Source of the DNA: Candidatus Saccharimonadota bacterium
Lineage (GTDB): Bacteria; Bacteroidota; Bacteroidia; Flavobacteriales; Blattabacteriaceae
Assembly: GCF_033370915.1 (NCBI RefSeq)
Contig: NZ_CP104096.1
Span: 50,873 to 82,872, forward strand
Length of the DNA stretch: 32,000 nt
Direction: 5' to 3'
Below, piece after piece: positions 17,090 to 25,553 of the stretch. The notes under the pieces are model-generated. The model searched no databases, was not told the origin of the DNA, and saw only the letters and a program-made list of their open reading frames with translations. The position numbers were made by a program, and so were the translations under genes. The first letter of the stretch is position 1. Each line of letters opens with the position of its first letter.

Positions 17090-18788
17090 AATATATAAAG
17101 ATATAACAATAAATGATTTATCGTTGTTTTTAAATATAAATAATAGTGTAATAATAAATATATGTAAAGATTTAGGATTAATAGTTAATATAAATACAAT
17201 ATTAGATAAAGAATTAATATCATTTATAAGTGATGAATTAGGTTATAAAGTAAAATATTTAGATTCATTATTATTAATAAATAAAGAAAAAGAAATAAGA
17301 GAAAAATATAAAAAAAATATATATATTAAAAGATCTCCTATAGTGTCAATAATAGGTCATGTAAATCATGGCAAAACATCATTTTTAGATTATATAAGAA
17401 AATCAAATATAATATCAAGTGAAGAAGGTAATATTACTCAACATATAGGAATATATAATGTAAATTTAAAAAAAAGTATAAAATTAACATTTATAGATAC
17501 TCCAGGCCATGAATCATTTTTATCAATTAGACGTATAAGTATAAAAATATCAGATATAGCGTTAATAATAATATCATCAGAAAATGGTGTAATGACACAA
17601 ACAATAGAAGCAATATATAATGCAAAATCAGAAAATTTACCAATAATATTAGGAATAAGTAAAATAGATAAAAATAATAATATAAATAAAATAAAAGAAC
17701 AATTATCAAATATTAATATTTTAGTAGATGATTGGGGTGGAGAATATTTATATCAAAAAATATCGGTAAAAAAAGGATATGGAATAAATGAAATAATAGA
17801 AAAAATTTTAAATTTAACAAAAAAAATAAATTTATTTACAAATATAAATAAATTATGTTCAGGAAAAATAATAGATTCATATGTAAATAAAAATAAAGGT
17901 TATATAGTAAAAATATTATTATTAGAAGGAATTTTAAAAAAAGGGGATTATATAATATCTGGTATATATTATGGAAAAATAAAAAAGATAATTGATGAAA
18001 ATAATATTAATATAAATGTAGTATATCCCGGTTTATCAGTTAATATAGTAGGATTTAATGGAGTACCATATACAGGAGATAATTTTAAAGTATTAAAAAA
18101 AGAAAAAGAAATAAAAAGAATAGTAATAGAAAGAGAAAATATTATAAAAGAACAAGAAATAAAAATAAAAAAAATATTATATAAAAAAAATAAAGATATT
18201 AATATAAATAAAAATAAAAAAATTAATATAATATTAAAAGTAGATGTAGAAAATAGTTTATTAGCAATAATAGAAGAAATAAATAAATTAAATATAGAAA
18301 TTAATATAATAAAGAAAAAAGTAGGTAATATAAAATATTCTGATTATTTATTAGCTAAGACATTTAATTGTATAATAATAGGTTTTAATGTAAAAAATAT
18401 TATAAATAAAAAACAAATAAATAATAAAAATATAGAAATATATAATTTAAAATTAATTTATGATATTATAAAAATTTTAATAAATAAAAATGAAAATAAT
18501 AATAAAGAAAATATAAAAATATTAGGAAAAGCAAAAGTAATAAAATTATTTATAAAAGATAAAAAATTAATTATGGGTTGTAAAGTAATAAATGGTAAAA
18601 TAAAAAAAGAAAATAAAATAAAAATAATAAGAAATAACAAAATAATATTAATTAGTGATATTATATCAATAAAAATATTTAATAATAAGGTAAATGAAGT
18701 AAAAAAAAATAATGAATTTGGTTTAATAATAAAAAAAAAAGCAGAAATTAAAATAAATGATATAATAGAAACATATAAAAAAAAATAA
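17070..18788 (+). CDS. infB: Translation initiation factor IF-2 (N-terminal domains reduced)
   Basis: 572 aa with VSIIGHVNHGKTSFLDYIR, DTPGHESF and SKID. The C-terminal domains are present. It overlaps nusA by 20 nt, keeping the conserved nusA-infB order. Confidence 0.92.
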   Translation: MKKKVIEIYKDITINDLSLFLNINNSVIINICKDLGLIVNINTILDKELISFISDELGYKVKYLDSLLLINKEKEIREKYKKNIYIKRSPIVSIIGHVNHGKTSFLDYIRKSNIISSEEGNITQHIGIYNVNLKKSIKLTFIDTPGHESFLSIRRISIKISDIALIIISSENGVMTQTIEAIYNAKSENLPIILGISKIDKNNNINKIKEQLSNINILVDDWGGEYLYQKISVKKGYGINEIIEKILNLTKKINLFTNINKLCSGKIIDSYVNKNKGYIVKILLLEGILKKGDYIISGIYYGKIKKIIDENNININVVYPGLSVNIVGFNGVPYTGDNFKVLKKEKEIKRIVIERENIIKEQEIKIKKILYKKNKDININKNKKINIILKVDVENSLLAIIEEINKLNIEINIIKKKVGNIKYSDYLLAKTFNCIIIGFNVKNIINKKQINNKNIEIYNLKLIYDIIKILINKNENNNKENIKILGKAKVIKLFIKDKKLIMGCKVINGKIKKENKIKIIRNNKIILISDIISIKIFNNKVNEVKKNNEFGLIIKKKAEIKINDIIETYKKK

Positions 18789-18828
18789 AATTAATTATAT
18801 TATTATATTATTAGAAATAAAAAAAAAA

Positions 18829-19440
18829 ATGATAAATATTTTAAAATATATTTTTGATTTATTAATAAAATTAAAAGATTTATTAATAAGAAATTTAATT
18901 AATTTATTTAATTATATGTATTTTAAAAAGGAAAAAATAAAAAATATGTTTAATGAATATTATGAAAAAACAAAAGTCAAATTTTATAACTTTAATGAAA
19001 CAATAAATGATATATTTATCAATGATAATGATAATGATTATAATAAAACAATTAAACCTTATGATTTAATAAACTCAAAGGCTTACAAATACATAAATTA
19101 TAGCCTAAATGATAACGAAAATAGTCTAAAAGAACTAAATGAGATAAATGAAAACGAAAATAAAAAAAATGAGGAAAATAAAAAAATAAAACAAAAAGAA
19201 AAAGAAAAAATAGAAGAAAAAATAAATAAAAAAATAAATAAAAAAATAAATAAAAAAATAAATAAAAAAATAAATAAAAAAATAAATAAAAATATAAAGA
19301 AAAATATAAAGAAAAATATAAAAAAAAAAATAAATGAAAAAATAAATGAAAAAATAAATGAAAATACAACTAAAAATAATGTTAAAAACGAAGTAGCAGA
19401 GGAGGAGGATGATTATAATTCAGATGATTATGTAATGTAG
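18829..19440 (+). CDS. Orphan repeat protein with a hydrophobic N-terminus, (KINK)6(NIKK)3(KINE)3 repeats and an acidic tail; ends at TAG
   Basis: A 203-codon open frame on the A-rich strand with no family I recognise. Its 12-nt tandem repeats are in frame. It has visibly more C/G-ending codons (AAC, AAG, TAC, AGC, GAG) than neighbouring housekeeping genes. Confidence 0.55.
   Translation: MINILKYIFDLLIKLKDLLIRNLINLFNYMYFKKEKIKNMFNEYYEKTKVKFYNFNETINDIFINDNDNDYNKTIKPYDLINSKAYKYINYSLNDNENSLKELNEINENENKKNEENKKIKQKEKEKIEEKINKKINKKINKKINKKINKKINKNIKKNIKKNIKKKINEKINEKINENTTKNNVKNEVAEEEDDYNSDDYVM
19219..19362 (+). repeat. 12-nt periodic tandem repeats: (AAAATAAATAAA)6, (AATATAAAGAAA)3, (AAAATAAATGAA)3
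   Basis: Read directly from the sequence. The repeats are in frame and encode the KINK, NIKK and KINE units. Confidence 0.9.
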
Positions 19441-19506
19441 CACAAGCAGCAGAAGGATGCTACAGCTGCAGCAACAGCTGCAGCTGTAGCTGCAGCTGAA
19501 GCAACA
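19441..19506. repeat. G+C-rich palindromic element with three GCTGCAGC palindromes at 12-nt spacing and potential for a 14-bp perfect stem-loop
   Basis: 36 of 66 nt are G or C, in a roughly 12% G+C background. GCTGCAGC occurs at 19465-72, 19477-84 and 19489-96. 19459-72 is the exact reverse complement of 19477-90, with loop AACA. The function is unknown. Confidence 0.8.
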
Positions 19507-19516
19507 TAATAAAAAA

Positions 19517-20578
19517 ATGAAAAAAGAATTAGTAATAAATGTAATAAATAAAAAAATAAAAATAGCTTTATTAAGAAAAAATAAATTATTAGAATATAGG
19601 GAATATAAATATAAAAAATTATTATCAGTAGGGGATATATTAAATGGAAAAATAAATTATATATCAAAAGGGATGAAGGTAGCATTTATAGATATAGGAT
19701 ATAAAAAATATGGAATTTTACAGTTTGAAGATTTATTAAATAAAAAGGATTTAAAAAAAGGAAAAAAAATAATAGTACAAATATTAAAAGAACCAATAAA
19801 AGAGAAAGGGCCGAAATTAACAAGTAAAATAAAAATAATAGGGAGATATATAATATTAATACCTAATTTAAAAAAAATATTAATATCAAGAAAAATAAGA
19901 AATAATAAAAGAATAAAAAAAATAATAGAAAAAGTAGAAATAAATAAAAAATATGGGATAATAATAAGAACATTATGTAAAAAAAAAAATATAAATGAAA
20001 TAAAAAAAGAAATAAAATATTTAAAAAAAAAATTAAGTTTAATAAATAAAATAATATATAAAAAAAAAATATATACAAATAATAATATAATAAATTATAT
20101 ATTAAGAAAAAAAATAATAATAATATGTAATAATTTAAGTTTATATAAAAAAATAATTAATAATTTAAAGAATAAAAAACAAATAAAATTATATAAAAGT
20201 AATATACCAATATTTAAAAAATATGGAATAGAAAGACAAAAAAAAATATTATTAGGAAAAAAAATAGATTTATTAGATGGATCTAATTTGATAATAGAAA
20301 AAACAGAAGCTTTAAATGTAATTGATATAAATAGTAATATGATAAGAAATAATAAAAATTCATTATTAGAAATAAATTTAATAGCAATAAAGGAAATAAT
20401 AAGACAAATAAAATTAAGAAATATGGGAGGAATAATAATAATAGATTGTATAAATATGAAAAAAAGAAAATATAAAAATATAATATATGAATATTTAGAA
20501 AAAAATATGAGGGAAAATAATATAATATTACCACCTAATAAATTTAATATTATTCAAATAATAAGAAAAAGAATATAA
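19517..20578 (+). CDS. rng: Ribonuclease E/G family protein (Rng-like, C-terminally short)
   Basis: 353 aa with an S1 domain (VGDILNGKINYISKGMKVAFIDIGYKKYGIL), plus GIIIRT, EALNVIDINS, and NMGGIIIIDCINM from the DNase-I-like catalytic region. It ends at IIRKRI, about 100 aa shorter than typical RNase G. Confidence 0.85.
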   Translation: MKKELVINVINKKIKIALLRKNKLLEYREYKYKKLLSVGDILNGKINYISKGMKVAFIDIGYKKYGILQFEDLLNKKDLKKGKKIIVQILKEPIKEKGPKLTSKIKIIGRYIILIPNLKKILISRKIRNNKRIKKIIEKVEINKKYGIIIRTLCKKKNINEIKKEIKYLKKKLSLINKIIYKKKIYTNNNIINYILRKKIIIICNNLSLYKKIINNLKNKKQIKLYKSNIPIFKKYGIERQKKILLGKKIDLLDGSNLIIEKTEALNVIDINSNMIRNNKNSLLEINLIAIKEIIRQIKLRNMGGIIIIDCINMKKRKYKNIIYEYLEKNMRENNIILPPNKFNIIQIIRKRI

Positions 20579-20593
20579 TATAAAAGGAATGAG

Positions 20594-20679
20594 GCGGATG
20601 TGGTGAAAAGGTAAACACGCTAGATTTAGGATCTAGTTCTAGAGAAATAGAATTAAGGGTTCAAATCCCTTCATCCGCA
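20594..20679 (+). tRNA. tRNA-Leu (UAG)
   Basis: GCGGATGTGGTGAAAAGGTAAACACGCTAGATTTAGGATCTAGTTCTAGAGAAATAGAATTAAGGGTTCAAATCCCTTCATCCGCA. It has acceptor stem GCGGATG/CATCCGC, anticodon stem CTAGA/TCTAG, loop TT-TAG-GA and a long class-II variable arm. Confidence 0.88.
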
Positions 20680-20702
20680 TCGCATAAAAAAAATAAAAAA
20701 AA

Positions 20703-21695
20703 GTGTTAAATAATTATTATATATCAAGGAAAGATACTATAACAGCAATATCAAGTCCATTAGGAACAGGAGCAATATCAATAATAAGAATATCAGGAAA
20801 AAAATCAATAAAAATTATAAAAAAAATATTAACTAAAAAAAAAATAAAATATAATAAAGTAAATATAGGAATAATATATGATAAAAAAGAAATAATAGAT
20901 AAAGTAATAATAATAATTTATAAAAAACCAAAATCTTATACAGGAGAAAATTTAGTAGAAATAAATTGTCATGGATCAATTTATATACAAAAAAAAATAA
21001 TAAATATAATAATAAAAAATGGAGGAAGATTAGCAAAAAATGGAGAATTTACTTTTAGAGCATATTTAAATAAAAAAATAGATTTATTACAAGCCGAATC
21101 AATATATGATTTAATAAAATCAGAAAATAAAATTTACCATGATATAGCAATAAATAATTTAATATATAATAAATTATCAAAAAATATATTAAAAATACAA
21201 AAAAGTATATTAGATATATTATCTTATATAGAAATAATGTTAGATTTTTCAGAAGAAGATATAAAAATAGATAAAAAAAAAATATATAATAAAATAATAT
21301 ATATAGAAAAGAAAATAAAAAAATTAATAGAATCTTATAAAATAAATAATATAATTAAAGAAGGATTAAATATAGCTATAATTGGACCAGTAAATTCAGG
21401 AAAATCTACATTAATGAATGTATTAATAAAAGAGGAGAAAGCGATAATATCAAAAATTCCAGGAACAACAAGAGATATAGTAGAAGGAAAAATAAAAATA
21501 GAAAAATTAAAATTAAATTTATTTGATACAGCAGGGATAAGAAAAACTAATTCAAAAATAGAAAAAATAGGAATAAAAAAAACATTTAAAAAAATAAAGG
21601 ATACTAATATAATTTTATATGTATTTGATATTTTAAAATTAAAAAATTATTTAAAATTTAAAGAAAAAATAAAAAAATTAAAAAAAAAAATATTT

Positions 21696-21713
<18 letters not shown>
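20703..21713 (+). CDS. mnmE: tRNA modification GTPase MnmE, 5' segment (GTG start; frame ends inside the poly(A) insert)
   Basis: DTITAISSPLGTGAISIIRISG (N-terminal domain), GPVNSGKSTLMN (G1), PGTTRD (G2) and FDTAGIR (G3). The frame stops at 21711-13, before G4 and G5. Confidence 0.85.
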
Positions 21714-21837
<124 letters not shown>

Positions 21838-21852
<15 letters not shown>

Positions 21853-22188
21853 AATAAAAAAAAAATTATAAATTATAATATAATATTAATATCAGCAAAA
21901 AAAAAGAAAGGAATTAAAAAGATATATAAAAATTTATATAAAATAATCCCAAAAAAAGAAATAAAAAATAATAATTTTATAAATAATTTAAGACATTATG
22001 AAGAATTAAAAAAAAGTTTAAAATATATTAAAAAATTTAAAAAAGATTATTTAAAAAAAATACCTTATGAATTTATTACAATAGATTTAAAATTATCTTT
22101 AAAACATTTATATAATATAAATGGAAATAATTTAACTTATAATGAAATATTAGATAATATTTTTTCTAAATTTTGTATAGGGAAATAA
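21838..22188 (+). CDS. mnmE: MnmE 3' segment (no start codon; +1 frame relative to the 5' segment)
   Basis: My manual translation gives KKKIFNKKKIINYNIILISAKKKKGIKK...NNLRHYEELKKSL...YEFITIDLKLSLKHLYNINGNNLTYNEILDNIFSKFCIGK and a stop. It contains the G4-like NKKK, the G5 SAK and the diagnostic C-terminal FCIGK. There is no Met anywhere in the segment. Confidence 0.85.
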
Positions 22189-23718
22189 TTATTTATAATT
22201 ATTAAAAATAATGGTTTTAAAATAATTAATACGATAAATAATATTTTTATAATTTAATAAATTAAATATATCAAATAAAGAAATACCTTTTAATTCACCA
22301 ATAATTGAGATTCTAATAATTTTTAAAAAAAAATAATAATCATTATAAGAAATTTGTAATTTTTTAAAAAATAAAATTATTTTATTTTTATTAGGTTTAT
22401 TTTTAAAAAATTTTTTAATTTTAAAAAATAAATAAATAATAATTTTTTTATTATAAATAATATAATATTTAAGTTTTAAAGGAATATAAAATTTTTTTGG
22501 GATAATAAAAAAATAATAACAATTATACCATATATCATTAATATTAATTAATTTAATTCTATTAATAATTAAATTAATAATTTTATTAAGTAGTTTATCT
22601 TTATGATCAATATTATTAAAAATTAAATATTGTTTTAATAAAAAAAAAATTTTTTTATTATTATTAAATTTATTTATATATTTTTTATTTATCCAACATG
22701 ATTTTTTAAAATTTAAATGTACATCAGATTTATTAATATCTTTAAATGTAAATAATTTAATAATAGTATTAATATTAAAAATTTCATTGTTAATATTTGG
22801 TTTCCAACCTAATAAAGCAATTATATTAATTAATGATTCAGGTAAAAATCCTAATTCTTCGTAACTATTTTTAATATTTATATTTTTATATTTAGATTTA
22901 ATTGGGTAAATAGGTAAATTATTATAATTAAAATTTCTTTTACTTATTTTACCTTTATTATTTAAAATTAATGGTAAATGAACAAATTTAGGAATTTGCC
23001 AATTAAAATAATTATATATAATAATATGTAAAGGAGTAGATGATAACCATTCTTTTCCTCTAATAACATGTGTTATATTCATTAAATGATCATCTATTAC
23101 GTTAGCAAAATGATAGGTAGGTGTTTGATTAGATCTATAAATAATTTTATCATCTAATTGATTAGAATTAATAGTAATTTTACCATAAATTTTATCATAA
23201 AAAGTAATGTTTTTATTATAAGGTGTTTTTAATCTAATAACATATTTATTAGTTTTTATTAATTTAGTAATTATTTTATTATTAATATTTAATGAATTAT
23301 TTAAATTATTTCTAGTTAAACTATTATAAATAAAATGTTTATATTTTTTTTTATATAATTTTAATGTTTTTTTTTTATCAAAAGCATAATAAGCAAATTT
23401 ATTTTTTATTAATTTATTTATATATTTTTTATATATTTTAAAACGTTTAGATTGAATATAAGGTTTATATTTACCTTTTTTTCCATAACCTTCATCATAA
23501 TTTATATTACACCATTTTAATGAATCTATTAAATAATTTATTGAATTTTTTATAAATCTTTTTTTATCAGTATCATCAATTCTTAATATAAATATTCCAT
23601 TTGTTTTTTTAGCATATATATAATTATATAAAGCTGTTCTTAAACCTCCAATGTGTAATGGTCCTGTTGGACTAGGAGCAAATCTAACTCTAATAAATTT
23701 ATTTAACTTTTTTTTCAT
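22189..23718 (-). CDS. gltX: Glutamyl-tRNA synthetase
   Basis: 509 aa with RFAPSPTGPLHIGGLRTAL (HIGH), VIRGKEWLSSTP and KISKRN (KMSKS-like). Confidence 0.92.
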   Translation of the reverse strand: MKKKLNKFIRVRFAPSPTGPLHIGGLRTALYNYIYAKKTNGIFILRIDDTDKKRFIKNSINYLIDSLKWCNINYDEGYGKKGKYKPYIQSKRFKIYKKYINKLIKNKFAYYAFDKKKTLKLYKKKYKHFIYNSLTRNNLNNSLNINNKIITKLIKTNKYVIRLKTPYNKNITFYDKIYGKITINSNQLDDKIIYRSNQTPTYHFANVIDDHLMNITHVIRGKEWLSSTPLHIIIYNYFNWQIPKFVHLPLILNNKGKISKRNFNYNNLPIYPIKSKYKNINIKNSYEELGFLPESLINIIALLGWKPNINNEIFNINTIIKLFTFKDINKSDVHLNFKKSCWINKKYINKFNNNKKIFFLLKQYLIFNNIDHKDKLLNKIINLIINRIKLININDIWYNCYYFFIIPKKFYIPLKLKYYIIYNKKIIIYLFFKIKKFFKNKPNKNKIILFFKKLQISYNDYYFFLKIIRISIIGELKGISLFDIFNLLNYKNIIYRINYFKTIIFNNYK

Positions 23719-23766
23719 ATATTATTAATTAATAATAAAATATTAATATTATTAATATAAAATAAT

Positions 23767-23837
23767 GGCACTATGGCCGAGAGGTTAGGCAAGGGTCTGC
23801 AAAACCTTTTACAGTAGTTCGAATCTACTTAGTGCCT
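23767..23837 (+). tRNA. tRNA-Cys (GCA)
   Basis: GGCACTATGGCCGAGAGGTTAGGCAAGGGTCTGCAAAACCTTTTACAGTAGTTCGAATCTACTTAGTGCCT. It has acceptor stem GGCACTA/TAGTGCC, anticodon loop CT-GCA-AA, T-arm AGTAG-TTCGAAT-CTACT and discriminator U. Confidence 0.85.
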
Positions 23838-24490
23838 TATAAAAATTTTATTTTTTTTATAAATTTATTTAATTTTCTCCATTTTATAATTTGTTTATGA
23901 TTACCTGATAATAAAATATTAGGAACTTTCATATTTTTAAATTTATATGGTCTAGTATATAAAGGATATTCATAATCATAATTATTATTATAAAATGAAT
24001 CAGTAAATGCAGAATTTATATTACCCAATACACCAGGAATTAATCTAATAATTGAATCAATTACTACTAAAGTAGATATTTCTCCATTAGATAATACATA
24101 ATTACCAATTGAATATTCTTTTGTTATTATAAAATCTCTTATTCTTTGATCAATTCCTTTATAATGACCACAAATAAATAATATATTTTTTAATTTAGAT
24201 AATTTAATAGCAATTTTTTGATTAAATAATTTAGCATCAGGAGTTAAAAAAATAATTTCATTAAAATTAATATTTAATTTTTTAATACAATTATATATAG
24301 GTTCAATTTTTATGATCATTCCATGTCCTCCACCATATGGATAATCATCAATTTTGTTACCTATTACATAATTTCTTAAATAATGAATTTTAATTTTTAA
24401 AATTTTTTTTTTTATAGCTTTTTTTATAATAGGATAATATAAAAGATTTTTCCAAAAATTGGGAAATAAAGTAATAATATTAATAATCAT
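23837..24490 (-). CDS. trmD: tRNA (guanine37-N1)-methyltransferase TrmD
   Basis: 217 aa with ITLFPNFW, DDYPYGGGHGMII, ICGHYKGIDQRI and EYSIGNYVLSNGE. Confidence 0.92.
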   Translation of the reverse strand: MIINIITLFPNFWKNLLYYPIIKKAIKKKILKIKIHYLRNYVIGNKIDDYPYGGGHGMIIKIEPIYNCIKKLNINFNEIIFLTPDAKLFNQKIAIKLSKLKNILFICGHYKGIDQRIRDFIITKEYSIGNYVLSNGEISTLVVIDSIIRLIPGVLGNINSAFTDSFYNNNYDYEYPLYTRPYKFKNMKVPNILLSGNHKQIIKWRKLNKFIKKIKFL

Positions 24491-24496
24491 TTTAAA

Positions 24497-24570
24497 TAGC
24501 GGAGACAGGATTTGAACCTGTGACCTTCGGGTTATGAGCCCGATGAGCTACCAGACTGCTCTACTCCGCA
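24497..24570 (-). tRNA. Initiator tRNA-fMet (CAU)
   Basis: The reverse complement is (T)GCGGAGTAGAGCAGTCTGGTAGCTCATCGGGCTCATAACCCGAAGGTCACAGGTTCAAATCCTGTCTCCGCTA. It has the GGG/CCC anticodon stem, a 1:72 mismatch and near identity to the E. coli tRNA-fMet core as I recall it. Confidence 0.88.
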
Positions 24571-24623
24571 GTAAAGTAATAATATTTATATATTAATAAT
24601 ATAAATATAATAAAAAAAAAATA

Positions 24624-25414
24624 TTAATATATATATATATTTAAAATAAAACCAATATGATTAATAATATTTAAAACATAATTATTATTAAAAATTAAAT
24701 ATTGCCCTTTAATACCTTTTAATTTAAGAGTTATATATTTAATTTTATTTAATTTAATAATATTAATAATTTTGGGATATTTAATAATAGGATAGTAAAA
24801 ATAAAATATTTTTTTATTATTAAAAATGTATTTAGAATAATTATTTTTAATTAATATATTAATTATTTTATCTTTAATTTTTAGAATATTTAAATTTTTT
24901 TTAAATTTATTAGTTAACATAATTCTGAAATTAGTTTTATCAGAAATATATCTTTTTACTATTTGTTCAATTACACCAGCTATATATCTGTTAGGAGTAT
25001 AAGCTATAATAATAGCTTTTATAGCACCTTGATCCATTAATCTATTGATAAAATTAGATTTAATAGTAACACCAATTTTAAAATTACTTGTAAATGATAA
25101 ATAAACAATATGATTTTTAAATTCAAAATTATTAATTTTATTATTATTGTTTTTATTTGAAGAACATAAAAAAGGATAAAATATTTTAATATTAAAAATT
25201 TTTATAAAATAACATTTTTTACAATATCCATTTCTAAAAATTTTTTTTTTTTACATAATAAACAGTAATTATTAATATATTGAAATACAAAATATTTATT
25301 AATATAATTATTCAATAATAAATATTTATTATTAATATTTAAATAATATAATAAAGGATTATTATATTTAATTAATAATTTATCTAATATAATAATTTGT
25401 TTAAATTTTAACAT
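24624..25414 (-). pseudogene. DUF2797-family protein gene, frameshifted within an A12 run (two ORF-track pieces: 25414-25202 and 25037-24624)
   Basis: Upstream of the track's Met, the downstream frame reads ...KIFRNGYCKKCYFIK...HIVYLSFTSNFKIGVTIKSNFINRLMDQGAIKAIIIAYTPNRYIAGVIEQIVKRYISDKTNFRIML. This matches my recollection of DUF2797 (GFCxxCFF...HIVYLA...VKVGVTR...WIDQGA...PNRYxAG...DKTNWRxML). The upstream piece ends in NNYCLLCKKKK. The two frames meet in the T12 run at 25241-25252 on the plus strand. Confidence 0.7.
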
Positions 25415-25423
25415 AATACTATA

Positions 25424-25496
25424 CTCCTCAAGCTGGATTCGAACCAGCTACCTTCTGATTAACAGTCAGATGCTCTACCTGATGAGCTATTGAGGA
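25424..25496 (-). tRNA. tRNA-Asn (GUU)
   Basis: The reverse complement is TCCTCAATAGCTCATCAGGTAGAGCATCTGACTGTTAATCAGAAGGTAGCTGGTTCGAATCCAGCTTGAGGAG. The anticodon loop is CT-GTT-AA and the sequence is close to E. coli tRNA-Asn. Confidence 0.88.
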
Positions 25497-25553
25497 AAAA
25501 AAAATAAATTTAATTATATATTAATAAATAATATAAATAAAATAAATAAATAA

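Noticed and set aside
16612-17109. 165-aa antisense ORF opposite nusA.
   Set aside because: It is long only because the complement of Lys/Asn/Ile codons (TTT, ATT, AAT) lacks stops. The composition is pure F/L/I/N with no motifs. nusA on the other strand carries clear KH-domain signatures.
19441-19506. The G+C island as SRP (4.5S) RNA, or as a rho-independent terminator.
   Set aside because: AAGCAGC-like strings are present. However, there is no GNRA tetraloop with the conserved asymmetric and symmetric loops of SRP domain IV, and the stem is perfectly paired. Neither strand has a T-tract after the hairpin, so it is not a canonical terminator.
19428-19685. 85-aa antisense ORF ending in VASAAATAAAVAAAVASFCCLCYIT.
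   Set aside because: Its Ala-rich end is the palindromic G+C island read on the other strand. The rest is antisense to the well-supported S1 domain of rng. It remains a formal alternative reading of the island only.
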